Assembly (NCBI GenBank): GCA_023131895.1
Contig: JAGLYZ010000002.1
Location: 43,364-107,363 of the forward strand
Source: Candidatus Parcubacteria bacterium
GTDB taxonomy: Bacteria > Patescibacteriota > Minisyncoccia > Minisyncoccales > JAGMDC01
Direction: 5' to 3'
DNA length: 64,000 nt
Both the position numbers and the translations under genes were made by a program. How positions within the stretch are numbered: position 1 is the stretch's first letter; every line of letters starts with the position of its first letter. Positions 46,652 to 55,801 of this stretch are shown piece after piece. The notes under the pieces were generated by a model. The model searched no databases, had not been told where the DNA came from, and saw only the letters and a program-made list of their open reading frames with translations.

Positions 46652-47248
46652 CTATTTCTTTTCGCCTTGAAAATATTTTTCTTTCAAAAATTTACTAAAT
46701 TCTTGCATCTCTTTTTGGTAAACCAATATTCCCTCTTCTTGCTTGGCTTGAGGCAAATCCTCAACCACATCCGCTCCTTGATTAGTGATGGCAAAAGCCC
46801 CATAAATTCCCCGTGATTCTATATGAAGCCGAATATCAAAAGCAACTTCTCTATCTTTGTAAAACTCATCTAATAATTCAATCATTCTTGATTGGTGTTT
46901 TAGATTTTCTTTTTTCCATTCTTTTTGAACTGATTCACTCTCTTTTAAATTTTTTGGTTCAGGAGATTTAATCCAAACCCAAGGAGCCCTTGATTGATGT
47001 CCTTTTACCTCTATTTCTTCGGGGCGCTTGGCGGGATGTCCTTCACAAGATTGATATGTTGGAAATTCTAAAGCTTTTAGGGTAATTACAGTTTCTTTAA
47101 TCCCAGGATCAATAGGCCTTCCTTCGGCATCTGCTATTTTTTTAACTTCTTTCTCTATTTCTTTTAAGCGCTTTTCTTTTAAGGGTAACTTTAATTCTTG
47201 CGATTTCTCTTCGGCATTTTCAATTTTTGACTTGAATCTCTCTCGCAT
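46652..47248 (-). CDS. hypothetical 198-aa protein, first gene of the operon
   Basis: Ends 4 nt before the Fic start. No motif recognised. Confidence 0.55.
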   Translation of the reverse strand: MRERFKSKIENAEEKSQELKLPLKEKRLKEIEKEVKKIADAEGRPIDPGIKETVITLKALEFPTYQSCEGHPAKRPEEIEVKGHQSRAPWVWIKSPEPKNLKESESVQKEWKKENLKHQSRMIELLDEFYKDREVAFDIRLHIESRGIYGAFAITNQGADVVEDLPQAKQEEGILVYQKEMQEFSKFLKEKYFQGEKK

Positions 47249-47320
47249 AATTCTACTATATTTTTATTTCACTATTTGTTCTATTCTATCATAATTGAAC
47301 TAAAAATAAAGAGTTATAAC

Positions 47321-47343
47321 ACATCGAGGACAGTTCTCGATGT
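47321..47343. repeat. REP-like hairpin H1
   Basis: acatcgaggac-a-gttctcgatgt, 11-bp arms with one G-T pair. Confidence 0.75.
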
Positions 47344-47345
47344 AT

Positions 47346-48254
47346 TTATTTCTCTATATCTAAATATTCTTTAGCTTTTAACATATCTTTTTCAAAACTA
47401 TCTTGTAAAACATCAATCTCTTTATTATAAACATTTCTAACAGCTTCGGTTATAGTCTTTTTATTTTTAAACATTTCTTGCCAAAGTTCTTGTAATTTCC
47501 TTAATCCGTATTTTTTCTCAAGCCAAGGATAAACAAATCCCTCCCAACTTTTGATTTCATCTTCCCAATCTTTCCCGGTTCCTTCCCACGAAAAACTTTC
47601 GCTCTTTTTTTCTAATTCCTTTAATTCTTTTTGAGCTTGTTTAAATTGATATTTTCTAAAACGCTTATTGCCAAAATTTGTTCTAATTTTTTCTCCAATG
47701 AAAATAGAGACCATTTCTTGCTCCCATTTACTCTCTGATTCCTCATTACCAACTCCGCCAAAAAAAGGATGCAGATGCCCAAGTTCATGACCCACTCCGG
47801 AAAATATACCGCTACGAGCAGTGTTTTCAATCTCTTTTAAAAAAATTCCCTTTTTTTGTAATAAATCCTTATATTCTTCTATTTCCTCTTTAGTTAGAAC
47901 AGATACATACTTAAAAACACTTTTTGTCTCTTTATCAAAAGTTGCCGATTCCGGGGATATATTTGGAAAATTTTCCTTTAAGAATTTGGAATATTTTTCT
48001 TTATCTGAAAATAAATAGATTTTTGATTTCTCGCTTGCCATATCTCTTTTTGAACCCAATATCTTATCAACAAATTCTTTCACTTCATCAAATTTTTTCT
48101 CATCACCATCTTCTAAAATGTTTTTTATTTCATTATTATAATAAATCTCAAAATTTTCAGATGTTAACGGCCCTTCTTCAAAAATATCTTCTTTTTTTTC
48201 TGTCATTTCTTTTTCTTTTCCATATTCAATTTTTGGCGTAAATTTTTCCCTCAT
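47346..48254 (-). CDS. putative zinc metallopeptidase (HExxH)
   Basis: GVGHELGHLH motif in a 302-aa protein with no other recognisable motif. Confidence 0.5.
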   Translation of the reverse strand: MREKFTPKIEYGKEKEMTEKKEDIFEEGPLTSENFEIYYNNEIKNILEDGDEKKFDEVKEFVDKILGSKRDMASEKSKIYLFSDKEKYSKFLKENFPNISPESATFDKETKSVFKYVSVLTKEEIEEYKDLLQKKGIFLKEIENTARSGIFSGVGHELGHLHPFFGGVGNEESESKWEQEMVSIFIGEKIRTNFGNKRFRKYQFKQAQKELKELEKKSESFSWEGTGKDWEDEIKSWEGFVYPWLEKKYGLRKLQELWQEMFKNKKTITEAVRNVYNKEIDVLQDSFEKDMLKAKEYLDIEK

Positions 48255-48260
48255 AAATCT

Positions 48261-48289
48261 AACACATCGAGGTCTGTCCTCGATGTGTT
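48261..48289. repeat. REP-like hairpin H2
   Basis: aacacatcgagg-tctgt-cctcgatgtgtt, 12-bp arms. Confidence 0.8.
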
Positions 48290-48291
48290 TA

Positions 48292-49014
48292 TTAATTTAT
48301 TAATATTTCTTTAAAATTGGAATCGGCCATTTGTTTTTTGAGCAAAAGCCATTGTTTAATAAAATGACGGCTATTATCTACACTGCCCATTAAGTTAGCT
48401 AATAACTCTCTGTTTGTTAATGAAGGATAATTTTTCCTGCCTAAATAATCAGGATAACTTGACCATTTATAACTTTCTAAAAACTCAATAATTTCTTCCA
48501 AATTTTTAATTTTAATTCCTTGTTCTTTCCATTTAGGAGCTATAATGGCCACTGGATTCGTATGGATATAAACAAATAATGTTTTTAATTGCTCATCATT
48601 TTTCACAAGAACTGCTCTAAATTTTCCCCCGAAAACATGACCCTTTCTTTCGTATTTCTTATTATAATAGATTCCATAACCTGCTCCAATTTTTCTCATA
48701 AACTTACTAATTCCGCTGTCGCTAATTTGTTTGACTAATAAATGAACATGATTTGGCATCAAACAAAACGCCAAAATCTGTATCAATATCTCTCTTTTCT
48801 TTCTTATAACTTTGCCGAGAACTGTTCTCGGCAAAGTTTTAGCAGTCTTGTGACGATAACCTGAATCAATTGGATTTTCGTCGTTGAATTCAAATAAATT
48901 ATGAAGAAAACGAAAATAATCCTTTTCATTCCTAAAAAGATTCATTCCTTCAACTGCTCGAATAACAATATGGTATATTTCTTCATTTACTAACGGTGGC
49001 CTTTTAATTGGCAT
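48292..49014 (-). mobile_element. REP-associated tyrosine transposase (RAYT) / IS200-IS605 TnpA-like Y1 HUH enzyme
   Basis: HUH motif LMPNHVHLLV and catalytic Tyr region FVYIHTNPV. Flanked on both sides by palindromic hairpins. Confidence 0.8.
48808..48838. repeat. REP-like hairpin H3, inside the RAYT coding sequence
   Basis: aactttgccgagaac-t-gttctcggcaaagtt, 15-bp arms. It is in frame and encodes KTLPRTVLGKV. Confidence 0.85.
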
Positions 49015-49024
49015 ATTATTTTTA

Positions 49025-49051
49025 ACTGTCCGAGAACGGTTCTCGGACAGT
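49025..49051. repeat. REP-like hairpin H4
   Basis: actgtccgagaac-g-gttctcggacagt, 13-bp arms. Confidence 0.85.
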
Positions 49052-49052
49052 G

Positions 49053-50006
49053 TTATTTTACGAGGATCTCGGTGATGATGAAAAGGATGTAAACTCCTAA
49101 TAGAAATAGTCCTTCTTTTTTGGTAATTTTTCTGTCAGAACGGACAAATATTAAAAAGAATAAAGCAGCCATAATTAAGAAAAACCGAGCAACAGCGTAA
49201 GGAGAAAAACTAACGATTTCAATCGGACAAATAATAGCTACAATGCCTAAAACTAAGGTAGAGGCGACTATAACAACACCCATTAAATCGCCTAAAAGCA
49301 TCCAATTCTGGCCTTGCCGGGCTGAAAGCATGGTAAAATACGCTTCTGGAAAAGCATTGCCAATGGCAATAATAAACATTCCAATAAAAACCAAAGAGAA
49401 ATGAAAGGTCTCTGCAAAATAATAAGCTGATTCTACCATTCCTTTAGAGGCTGCGAGTAAAATAATTATTCCAAAGGCTACTTTCCCCAAGCCCTTAAAA
49501 AAATCTTTAAAACTTTTTGCGCTAATTTTATTCCCATTATATGTCTTGCTGAATCTTTCTTTTTTAGAGAAAAGCCAAAGAGCATAAAATATAAAAGCAG
49601 AAATCAAAACCATTCCATCGCCTCTTGATAAAACGCCGTCAAAAATTAGAAAAAGAGGCAAAAGAGCAATAATGAAAGTAAAGACCGCTGATGACTGAAC
49701 CATCTTGCTCCTAGCTGGTATTCCCTTGCTAATAAAAGCAGACAAGGCAACAATAACTGTTAAGTCAAGAAGATTGCCGCCAAGCGTATCTCCAAAAGAA
49801 AGCTGAGGAACTCCTTTAAAAGCAGATAGAATGCCAAAGAAAAAATTAGGCGCAGAGCCGGCAACAGCCACTATAAAAAAAGCAATGACAAATTCCCTTA
49901 ATTTTAAAAAACAAGCCATTTTTACTAATCCATCAACAAGCCACTTTCCAGACAAGAAAAGCAAGAAACAAGAAACAAGAAAAAGTAAAATATAAAAATA
50001 AAACAT
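49053..50006 (-). CDS. Ca2+/cation antiporter (CaCA, YrbG-like), paralog 1
   Basis: About 10 TM segments. Alpha-repeat motifs GDTLGGNLLDLT and GNAFPE. Clearly similar to the adjacent ORF. Confidence 0.8.
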   Translation of the reverse strand: MFYFYILLFLVSCFLLFLSGKWLVDGLVKMACFLKLREFVIAFFIVAVAGSAPNFFFGILSAFKGVPQLSFGDTLGGNLLDLTVIVALSAFISKGIPARSKMVQSSAVFTFIIALLPLFLIFDGVLSRGDGMVLISAFIFYALWLFSKKERFSKTYNGNKISAKSFKDFFKGLGKVAFGIIILLAASKGMVESAYYFAETFHFSLVFIGMFIIAIGNAFPEAYFTMLSARQGQNWMLLGDLMGVVIVASTLVLGIVAIICPIEIVSFSPYAVARFFLIMAALFFLIFVRSDRKITKKEGLFLLGVYILFIITEILVK

Positions 50007-50009
50007 AGA

Positions 50010-50981
50010 TTATTGAGTTAATAATTCACAAAATACAAAAGTAATATAAATGCCTAATAGAAACAGAGCTTCTTTTTTAGTAATTTTGCTATCAGTCCGA
50101 ACGCAGAAGAAAAAGAACAAGGCTGAAAGAATTAAGAAAAATCGAGCAACAGCAAAAGAAGAAAAATTAATTATTTCAATCGGACAGATAAAAGCAACAA
50201 TTCCTAAGACCAAAGTAGCAGGCACCATGATTGAGCCCATTAAATTGCCTAAAATCATTCCAGTCTCCCCCCTTTTAGCAGAGATAATAGCAAAATGTAT
50301 TTCAGGCAAAGCGTTTCCAAGGCCGACAATTAAAATACCGATTAAAGGCAAAGATAAATTCCAGTTCTGCGCGAAAAAAGAAGCTGACCTCACTATTCCT
50401 TCTGCTGCTACTAACAGTAAAACCAGGGATAAAATGACTGTAGTCAAGCTCTTTATAAAAAGCTTAAATCCTATAATAGTATCTTTTTTTTCTTCTTTTT
50501 CTTCTTCTTTATAAACTTTTTTAAATCTTTCTTTTTTAGAAAAGAGCCAGAAAACATAAAACATAAAAGCAAAAATTAACAAAATTCCGTCTCCCCTGCC
50601 TAATGTCCCGTCTAAAATTAAAACTATTGGCAAAATAGCTACAGCAATTGTAAAAATTGAAGAAGTTTGAATAAGCTGGCCTTTTGCAGGGATAAACGTT
50701 TTTGAAATTAAGACAACCAAAGCCACTGCTAATGTTAAATCAATAACATTGCCTCCCACTACATCTCCAAAAGAAAGCTCAGGAATTTTGTAAAGAGCTG
50801 AATTAATTCCGACAAAAAGATTTGGAACAGAGCCGGCAAAAGCCATAACAAAAAAAGCAACCACAAATTCCTTCCATTTTAAAAACCTGGCTATTCTAAT
50901 CAATCCTTCAACTAATAGCCTTCCTGACCAAAGAAGAATTATACAAGAAAAAACAAAAATAAAAGTATAAAAACCAATCAT
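50010..50981 (-). CDS. Ca2+/cation antiporter (CaCA, YrbG-like), paralog 2
   Basis: GDVVGGNVIDLT and GNALPE motifs. Tandem duplicate of 49053-50006. Confidence 0.8.
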   Translation of the reverse strand: MIGFYTFIFVFSCIILLWSGRLLVEGLIRIARFLKWKEFVVAFFVMAFAGSVPNLFVGINSALYKIPELSFGDVVGGNVIDLTLAVALVVLISKTFIPAKGQLIQTSSIFTIAVAILPIVLILDGTLGRGDGILLIFAFMFYVFWLFSKKERFKKVYKEEEKEEKKDTIIGFKLFIKSLTTVILSLVLLLVAAEGIVRSASFFAQNWNLSLPLIGILIVGLGNALPEIHFAIISAKRGETGMILGNLMGSIMVPATLVLGIVAFICPIEIINFSSFAVARFFLILSALFFFFCVRTDSKITKKEALFLLGIYITFVFCELLTQ

Positions 50982-53635
50982 GCTTTTTTAGTTATAAAAT
51001 ACCATTTCGTTGCCTCAATCAAGATTAAATTAGAAATTCCTATTCCTAAAATCAATTTCCAGTCATACCAATTTAACGGCACAGTCTTTAAAAGCGTTTG
51101 TAAAGCCGGAACATATAAAGCAGCCACCAAAGCTGTTAACCCAACAATCCAGCTCAAAATTAAAAGCTTATTAGAAAAAAGATTTATATGCCAAATATTT
51201 CTTCTTAAACTCTTGCAGGAAAAAATATAAAAAAGAGAATCAATAGCTAAAGCTGCAAAAATTATTGATTGAATATGCGTATGGCTATAACCAGAATATC
51301 TTAAAAGCCAAAAAAACAGCGTTAAAAGCAAAATATCTGTAATAATTCCAATAATAAAAATCAAGGCCTTCATCTCATTTGTTAAAAGAGAACTGCCTTT
51401 TTCCTGCGGTTTTCGCTTCATTAAGTCCTTTTCTTTCGGCTCAAAAGTTAAAGCTATGCTGGGCAAACCATCTTCAATTAAATTTATCCATAATATTTGA
51501 ACAGCAATAACAGGCAATGGCAGGCCTAAAACAATACTTACTCCAATTAAAATGGTCTCTGTGAAAGAACCTGAAAGCAGATAAGTAATGACTTTTCTAA
51601 TATTATCCATTATCGCCCTTCCTTCTTCTATTGTAGCTACAATAATATTAAAATTATCTGTTAATAAAATTAGATCTGAAACTTCTTTTGCTACATCAGT
51701 GCCTGAACCTAAGGCTATGCCAATATCAGCTTTTTTAAGAGCTGGAGCATCATTAATTCCGTCTCCTGTCATTGCCACCACTTCCCCTTTTCTCTGCCAT
51801 GCCTGAATTATTCTCAATTTATGTTTTGGTTCAACTCGGGCATAAACTTGAATGTCTTTGATTCTTCTTTCAAATTCTTCATCTGAAAGCTCATCTAATT
51901 CTTTGCCTTCTATAATATTTTTTTCTTTTATTCTAAAGCCTATCTCCTTAGCTACTGCTTTAGCAGTTAGTTTATGGTCTCCAGTGACAATCATTGGCCT
52001 CATACCCGCCTTTTTACAAATCCTTATTGCTTCTTTTGCCTCTTTTCTAACAGGATCTTTAAGAGCAATAAACCCTAAAAAAGTTAAATCCTTGACTTCC
52101 TCTTCCAAACTTTTTCCTTTTTCATTTTTACTTTTTACTTTTTTCTGTGCTGTTGCTACCACTCTTAGCCCTTTTTCAGTTAATTCTTCTAATTGTTTAT
52201 TTAATTTCTGTTTTAATCTATCATTTAACAGTCTATTTCTGTTTTTAATTAATAAATGAGAAGAAAGAGAAATTATTTTTTCAGGCGCGCCTGAAACATA
52301 CAAAATATTCCCTTTTTTGTTTTCCTGGCGCAAACTGGCAATAAATTTGTTTTCAGGATTAAAAGTAATCTCGTCAATTTCTAAATACTCTTTCTCCAAG
52401 CTTGGCTTTTCAAGACCAAGTTTTGCGCCAGCTGAAATAAACGCTTTATCAGTGGGCTCGCCCTGAATCTGCCAAACAGGATAAAGATCTTCAGGATTTT
52501 CTATAAATGCCTCACTGCATAAAACAGCGGCTTTTAAAGACAATGCCTTTGTTTTTTTATCAGAACTAATAATTTCTGCCACTTCCATCCTCCCCTCAGT
52601 CAGAGTCAATGTTTTGTCAGTGGCAATAATAGAAGTGCTCCCTAATGTTTCTGCCGCTACTAACTTCCTTACAAGGCCTTTTCTTTTCAGAATTCTCATC
52701 ATTCCAAGGGCTAAAATCACAGTTACAGCAATCGGAAGCCCTTCTGGAATAGCAGCCACAGCCACAGCCACAGCCACTTCAAACATCTCTAAAGCGCCTT
52801 GACCCTTAAGCAAACCTGCTAAAAAAATATAGACAGCAAAAATAGTAACAATCAGCCCGATTTTCTTACTCAAAACAGCTATCCTTTTCTGGAGAGGCGT
52901 TTTTTCTTCTTTAGTTTCTTTTATTAAATCAGCTACCCTGCCTATTTCTGTATCTTTGCCAATTTCAGTAATTACTGCTTTGCCTTTCCCGCCTTCTATC
53001 ACGCAACCCATATATACCATATTATCCCTGTCAGCTACTGAAGTTTTTTTAGGCAAAATATCTGTTGTTTTTTTAGCTCGCAGCCACTCGCCAGTTAAGG
53101 GCGATTCATTTATTTTGAGTCCGTAATTCTGGATTAAACGGCCGTCAGCCGGCACCTTGTCTCCAGCAGACAAAACAATAATATCTCCTGGCACAAGATA
53201 TTCAGCGTCAAGCCTTCTTTCTCTGCCTTCTCTGATTACTTTGGCTTTTATCTTAACTATTTTTTTCAATTCTCTTAACGCTTTAGACGCCTTGTTTTCC
53301 TGAAAATAGCCGATAACAGTATTAAAAATAATAGCAGCCATAATAACAATACTGTCAGTATAAAGTTTGAAAACAGCAGTGCCAATTCCAGCAAACACTA
53401 AAATATAAATTAAAGGGCTTTTAAACTGCTCAAAAAATATCCCTGCCTTAGATAGATGTTTTTCTTCAGGAAGCCTGTTTAGTCCAATTTTTTTTCGCCT
53501 CTCAACTACTTCTTCATTAGACAGACCTGTCTCTTCATCAGTTTCTAAAATTTTAACAACTTCCTGGATAGAAAAATTATGCCAGCTTTTTTTAGACATT
53601 ACTCTATTATAACAAACTTTAGTTTGATATACCAA
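50978..53635 (-). CDS. P-type ATPase, P2 (Ca2+-transporting) type
   Basis: TGE (PLTGEW), TM4 AIPEGLPIAV, phosphorylation site reading DKTLTLT, SGAPE, DPVRKEA, VTGDHKLTA and TGDGINDAPALKKADIGIA. The start is probably MSKKSWHNF at 53599. Confidence 0.85.
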   Translation of the reverse strand: MVYQTKVCYNRVMSKKSWHNFSIQEVVKILETDEETGLSNEEVVERRKKIGLNRLPEEKHLSKAGIFFEQFKSPLIYILVFAGIGTAVFKLYTDSIVIMAAIIFNTVIGYFQENKASKALRELKKIVKIKAKVIREGRERRLDAEYLVPGDIIVLSAGDKVPADGRLIQNYGLKINESPLTGEWLRAKKTTDILPKKTSVADRDNMVYMGCVIEGGKGKAVITEIGKDTEIGRVADLIKETKEEKTPLQKRIAVLSKKIGLIVTIFAVYIFLAGLLKGQGALEMFEVAVAVAVAAIPEGLPIAVTVILALGMMRILKRKGLVRKLVAAETLGSTSIIATDKTLTLTEGRMEVAEIISSDKKTKALSLKAAVLCSEAFIENPEDLYPVWQIQGEPTDKAFISAGAKLGLEKPSLEKEYLEIDEITFNPENKFIASLRQENKKGNILYVSGAPEKIISLSSHLLIKNRNRLLNDRLKQKLNKQLEELTEKGLRVVATAQKKVKSKNEKGKSLEEEVKDLTFLGFIALKDPVRKEAKEAIRICKKAGMRPMIVTGDHKLTAKAVAKEIGFRIKEKNIIEGKELDELSDEEFERRIKDIQVYARVEPKHKLRIIQAWQRKGEVVAMTGDGINDAPALKKADIGIALGSGTDVAKEVSDLILLTDNFNIIVATIEEGRAIMDNIRKVITYLLSGSFTETILIGVSIVLGLPLPVIAVQILWINLIEDGLPSIALTFEPKEKDLMKRKPQEKGSSLLTNEMKALIFIIGIITDILLLTLFFWLLRYSGYSHTHIQSIIFAALAIDSLFYIFSCKSLRRNIWHINLFSNKLLILSWIVGLTALVAALYVPALQTLLKTVPLNWYDWKLILGIGISNLILIEATKWYFITKKA

Positions 53636-53680
53636 ATTTCTGATTTGCTATAGCAATTTATATTTAGAAATAAAGTAAAG

Positions 53681-53710
53681 AAAAAGAGGGATTGATTAAT
53701 CCCTCTTTTT
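53681..53710. terminator. bidirectional hairpin terminator
   Basis: aaaaagaggga-ttgattaa-tccctcttttt. Confidence 0.7.
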
Positions 53711-53946
53711 CTTTAATTATTTTACTCTTCAGATTCTTCTTTTTTTTCTTCTGTTCCTCCTTCTTTAGCTTCTCCTTCTTCTGTTTCTGTCTCTTCCTGC
53801 ATTAAAAATTCTGTTGTCATTTTTTTAATTAGTTTATTATTTTATCAGAGAGAAAACAAGCCGACTACCTTTGTAAAATCTCTCATAATCAAATGATAGA
53901 TTAAACAAAAAACTTGTCAATACCAGTTATCCACAGGACGAAATAA

Positions 53947-53969
53947 CTACCGAGAACAGTTCTCGGTGG
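53947..53969. repeat. REP-like hairpin H5 next to tRNA-Glu
   Basis: ctaccgagaac-a-gttctcggtgg. Confidence 0.8.
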
Positions 53970-53975
53970 CTCTTG

Positions 53976-54050
53976 TGGCCCTGACGGGATTTGAACCCGT
54001 GTTACCAGATTGAGAATCTGACGTCCTAGACCAAGCTAGACGACAGGGCC
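53976..54050 (-). tRNA. tRNA-Glu (anticodon CUC), CCA not encoded
   Basis: Hand-folded: GGCCCTG/TC/GTCT-AGCTTGGTCTA-GGAC/G/TCAGA-TTCTCAA-TCTGG/TAAC/ACGGG-TTCAAAT-CCCGT/CAGGGCC/A. Confidence 0.85.
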
Positions 54051-54094
54051 GTTTATATTTTCTTTTTATCACAAAATCTATTGAGGTTCAACTG

Positions 54095-55747
54095 CTATTC
54101 GTAATCAGGCGGGATTTCGTAATAATCAATAATATATTTTGCCAATTCTTGGAAAACAGGCACAGCAGAATACTCTGCTGTTTTTGTTTTAGGATTATCA
54201 AGCTTTACTAAAATAAGGAATCTGGGGTCAAAAGCAGGTCCAAATCCTACAAATGTCTGCCATGTCTTATCTGAATAACCCTTTTTATCAAAACCAAGAG
54301 ACGCCCAAGAGACCTGGGCAGTGCCTGTTTTTCCGCCAATATAATATCCTGGAACTCTGGCAGTTTTAGCATAACCATGCTCTACCACGCTCACTAACAT
54401 AGCTGTAGCCTTAGAAGAAGCATTAGAAGATATAATTTGCTTTCCATCACTTATTCTTTCTATAACGTAAGGATTTACTAGGTTCCCGCCATTAATAATA
54501 GCGCAGTAAGCCCTGACTATCTGAATAGGGGTCATTTCTATACCCTGGCCAAAAGAAGCAGTGGCAAAACCTATTTCATAACCTTTTTTCAACTCTTTGT
54601 TTTGGGAAAAAGTTTCTTCCTGCAAATCAATGCCTGTAAGTTCAAAAATGCCGAATTTTTCAATATACTTTAAAAAATCTTTATGCCCTATCTGCTCTTC
54701 AACAAATACAGCTCCAGTATTTATTGATTTCTCTAATACTTCTGTCATTGTTTTCTCGCCCCATACCCCTTTATCATAGTTATAAATAGTATAATCACTA
54801 ATTTCAAGCTGGCCCTTATCAATATAAGTGGTCTGTGGAGTTATTTTCCCTGCATCAAGAGCGGCTGACATAGTAATGGCTTTAAAAATTGAGCCCGGTT
54901 CAAAAAGCCAATAAATAGCGCTGTTTTGAAAACTTTCCTGCTCTTCCTGAAAATAGTAATTAGGATTAAATCCAGGCAAATTAGCCATAGCTAAAATCTC
55001 TCCTGAAAATGGCTCTATAACTATAATCTGACCTGATTCAATATCCAGTCCTTGTTTTGCGTCTCTCAACAATTTCTCTGCCATTGACTGGATATGATAA
55101 TCAATAGTTAAAACAATATCAGAACCCTTTTGCGGTTCGTCTCTTGAAGGTAAAAACAAATCAATCCACGCGTTTCTTCCTCCTTCTTGAAACTTCTCTT
55201 CTCCCCTTAAAGTGCTGTCATAATAACCTTCTAAACCGTATTGGCCTGTGCCCTGTCCGCCTAAAAAACCAACAACTTGAGAGGCTAATGATTCTTGGGG
55301 ATAATATCTTCCTAAAAATTCTTTAAGATAAATGCCTTTGATTTCTAATTCTTTTAACATAGACACTTCTTCTTCAGATAATTTATTTTTTATGAGCTGA
55401 AAAAAACTGTCTTCTTGATTTAGCTTTTCTAAAACTAATTCTGCCTCTAATCCAAGAATTTCCGCCAGTTTTTGAGATGTTTCTTGCTTTTCTTTTACTT
55501 CTGGAGGGCAGACATAAACCATTTGCCAGCTCTTATTAACAGCTAAAGGATATAAGGATCCTTTTCTGTCTTGGAGATAAATCTCTCCCCTTTCTCCTTC
55601 AATCTCGGCAAAAAACTTCTGCTGTCCCTGGGCCAATGCTTTATAAAAATCATGGTTTGAAATTTGGATATAAAACAAGCGGCCTATTACAACCGCTCCA
55701 AATAATAAAAAAAGAAAAAAAATTATATTTATACGCCAGTGTTTCAT
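54095..55747 (-). CDS. ftsI: penicillin-binding protein 2 / FtsI-type transpeptidase
   Basis: N-terminal TM, SxxK (SIFK), SxN (SIN), KTG (GKTGTA), and position in the dcw block. Confidence 0.85.
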   Translation of the reverse strand: MKHWRINIIFFLFLLFGAVVIGRLFYIQISNHDFYKALAQGQQKFFAEIEGERGEIYLQDRKGSLYPLAVNKSWQMVYVCPPEVKEKQETSQKLAEILGLEAELVLEKLNQEDSFFQLIKNKLSEEEVSMLKELEIKGIYLKEFLGRYYPQESLASQVVGFLGGQGTGQYGLEGYYDSTLRGEEKFQEGGRNAWIDLFLPSRDEPQKGSDIVLTIDYHIQSMAEKLLRDAKQGLDIESGQIIVIEPFSGEILAMANLPGFNPNYYFQEEQESFQNSAIYWLFEPGSIFKAITMSAALDAGKITPQTTYIDKGQLEISDYTIYNYDKGVWGEKTMTEVLEKSINTGAVFVEEQIGHKDFLKYIEKFGIFELTGIDLQEETFSQNKELKKGYEIGFATASFGQGIEMTPIQIVRAYCAIINGGNLVNPYVIERISDGKQIISSNASSKATAMLVSVVEHGYAKTARVPGYYIGGKTGTAQVSWASLGFDKKGYSDKTWQTFVGFGPAFDPRFLILVKLDNPKTKTAEYSAVPVFQELAKYIIDYYEIPPDYE

Positions 55748-55784
55748 TTTAACATTTTAACATTTAAGCATTTTAACATTTTGT
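55745..55784. repeat. 8-bp tandem array (CATTTTAA x2, CATTTAAG, CATTTTAA, CATTTTGT) starting at the ftsI start codon
   Basis: Read directly. On the gene strand it gives five ATGs at 8-nt spacing, the last being the annotated ftsI start. Confidence 0.85.
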
Positions 55785-55801
55785 TTATATGTTAGTATGT
55801 T

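Noticed and set aside
47321-49051. The REP-like hairpins being ordinary rho-independent terminators
   Set aside because: None is followed by a T-run on the transcribed (minus) strand. One lies inside a coding sequence. They share a specific core sequence rather than only structure.
53722-53820. 32-aa acidic mini-ORF (MTTEFLMQEETETEEGEAKEGG...)
   Set aside because: It has no RBS and is a low-complexity translation of a purine/pyrimidine-skewed tract. Not supportable without conservation data.
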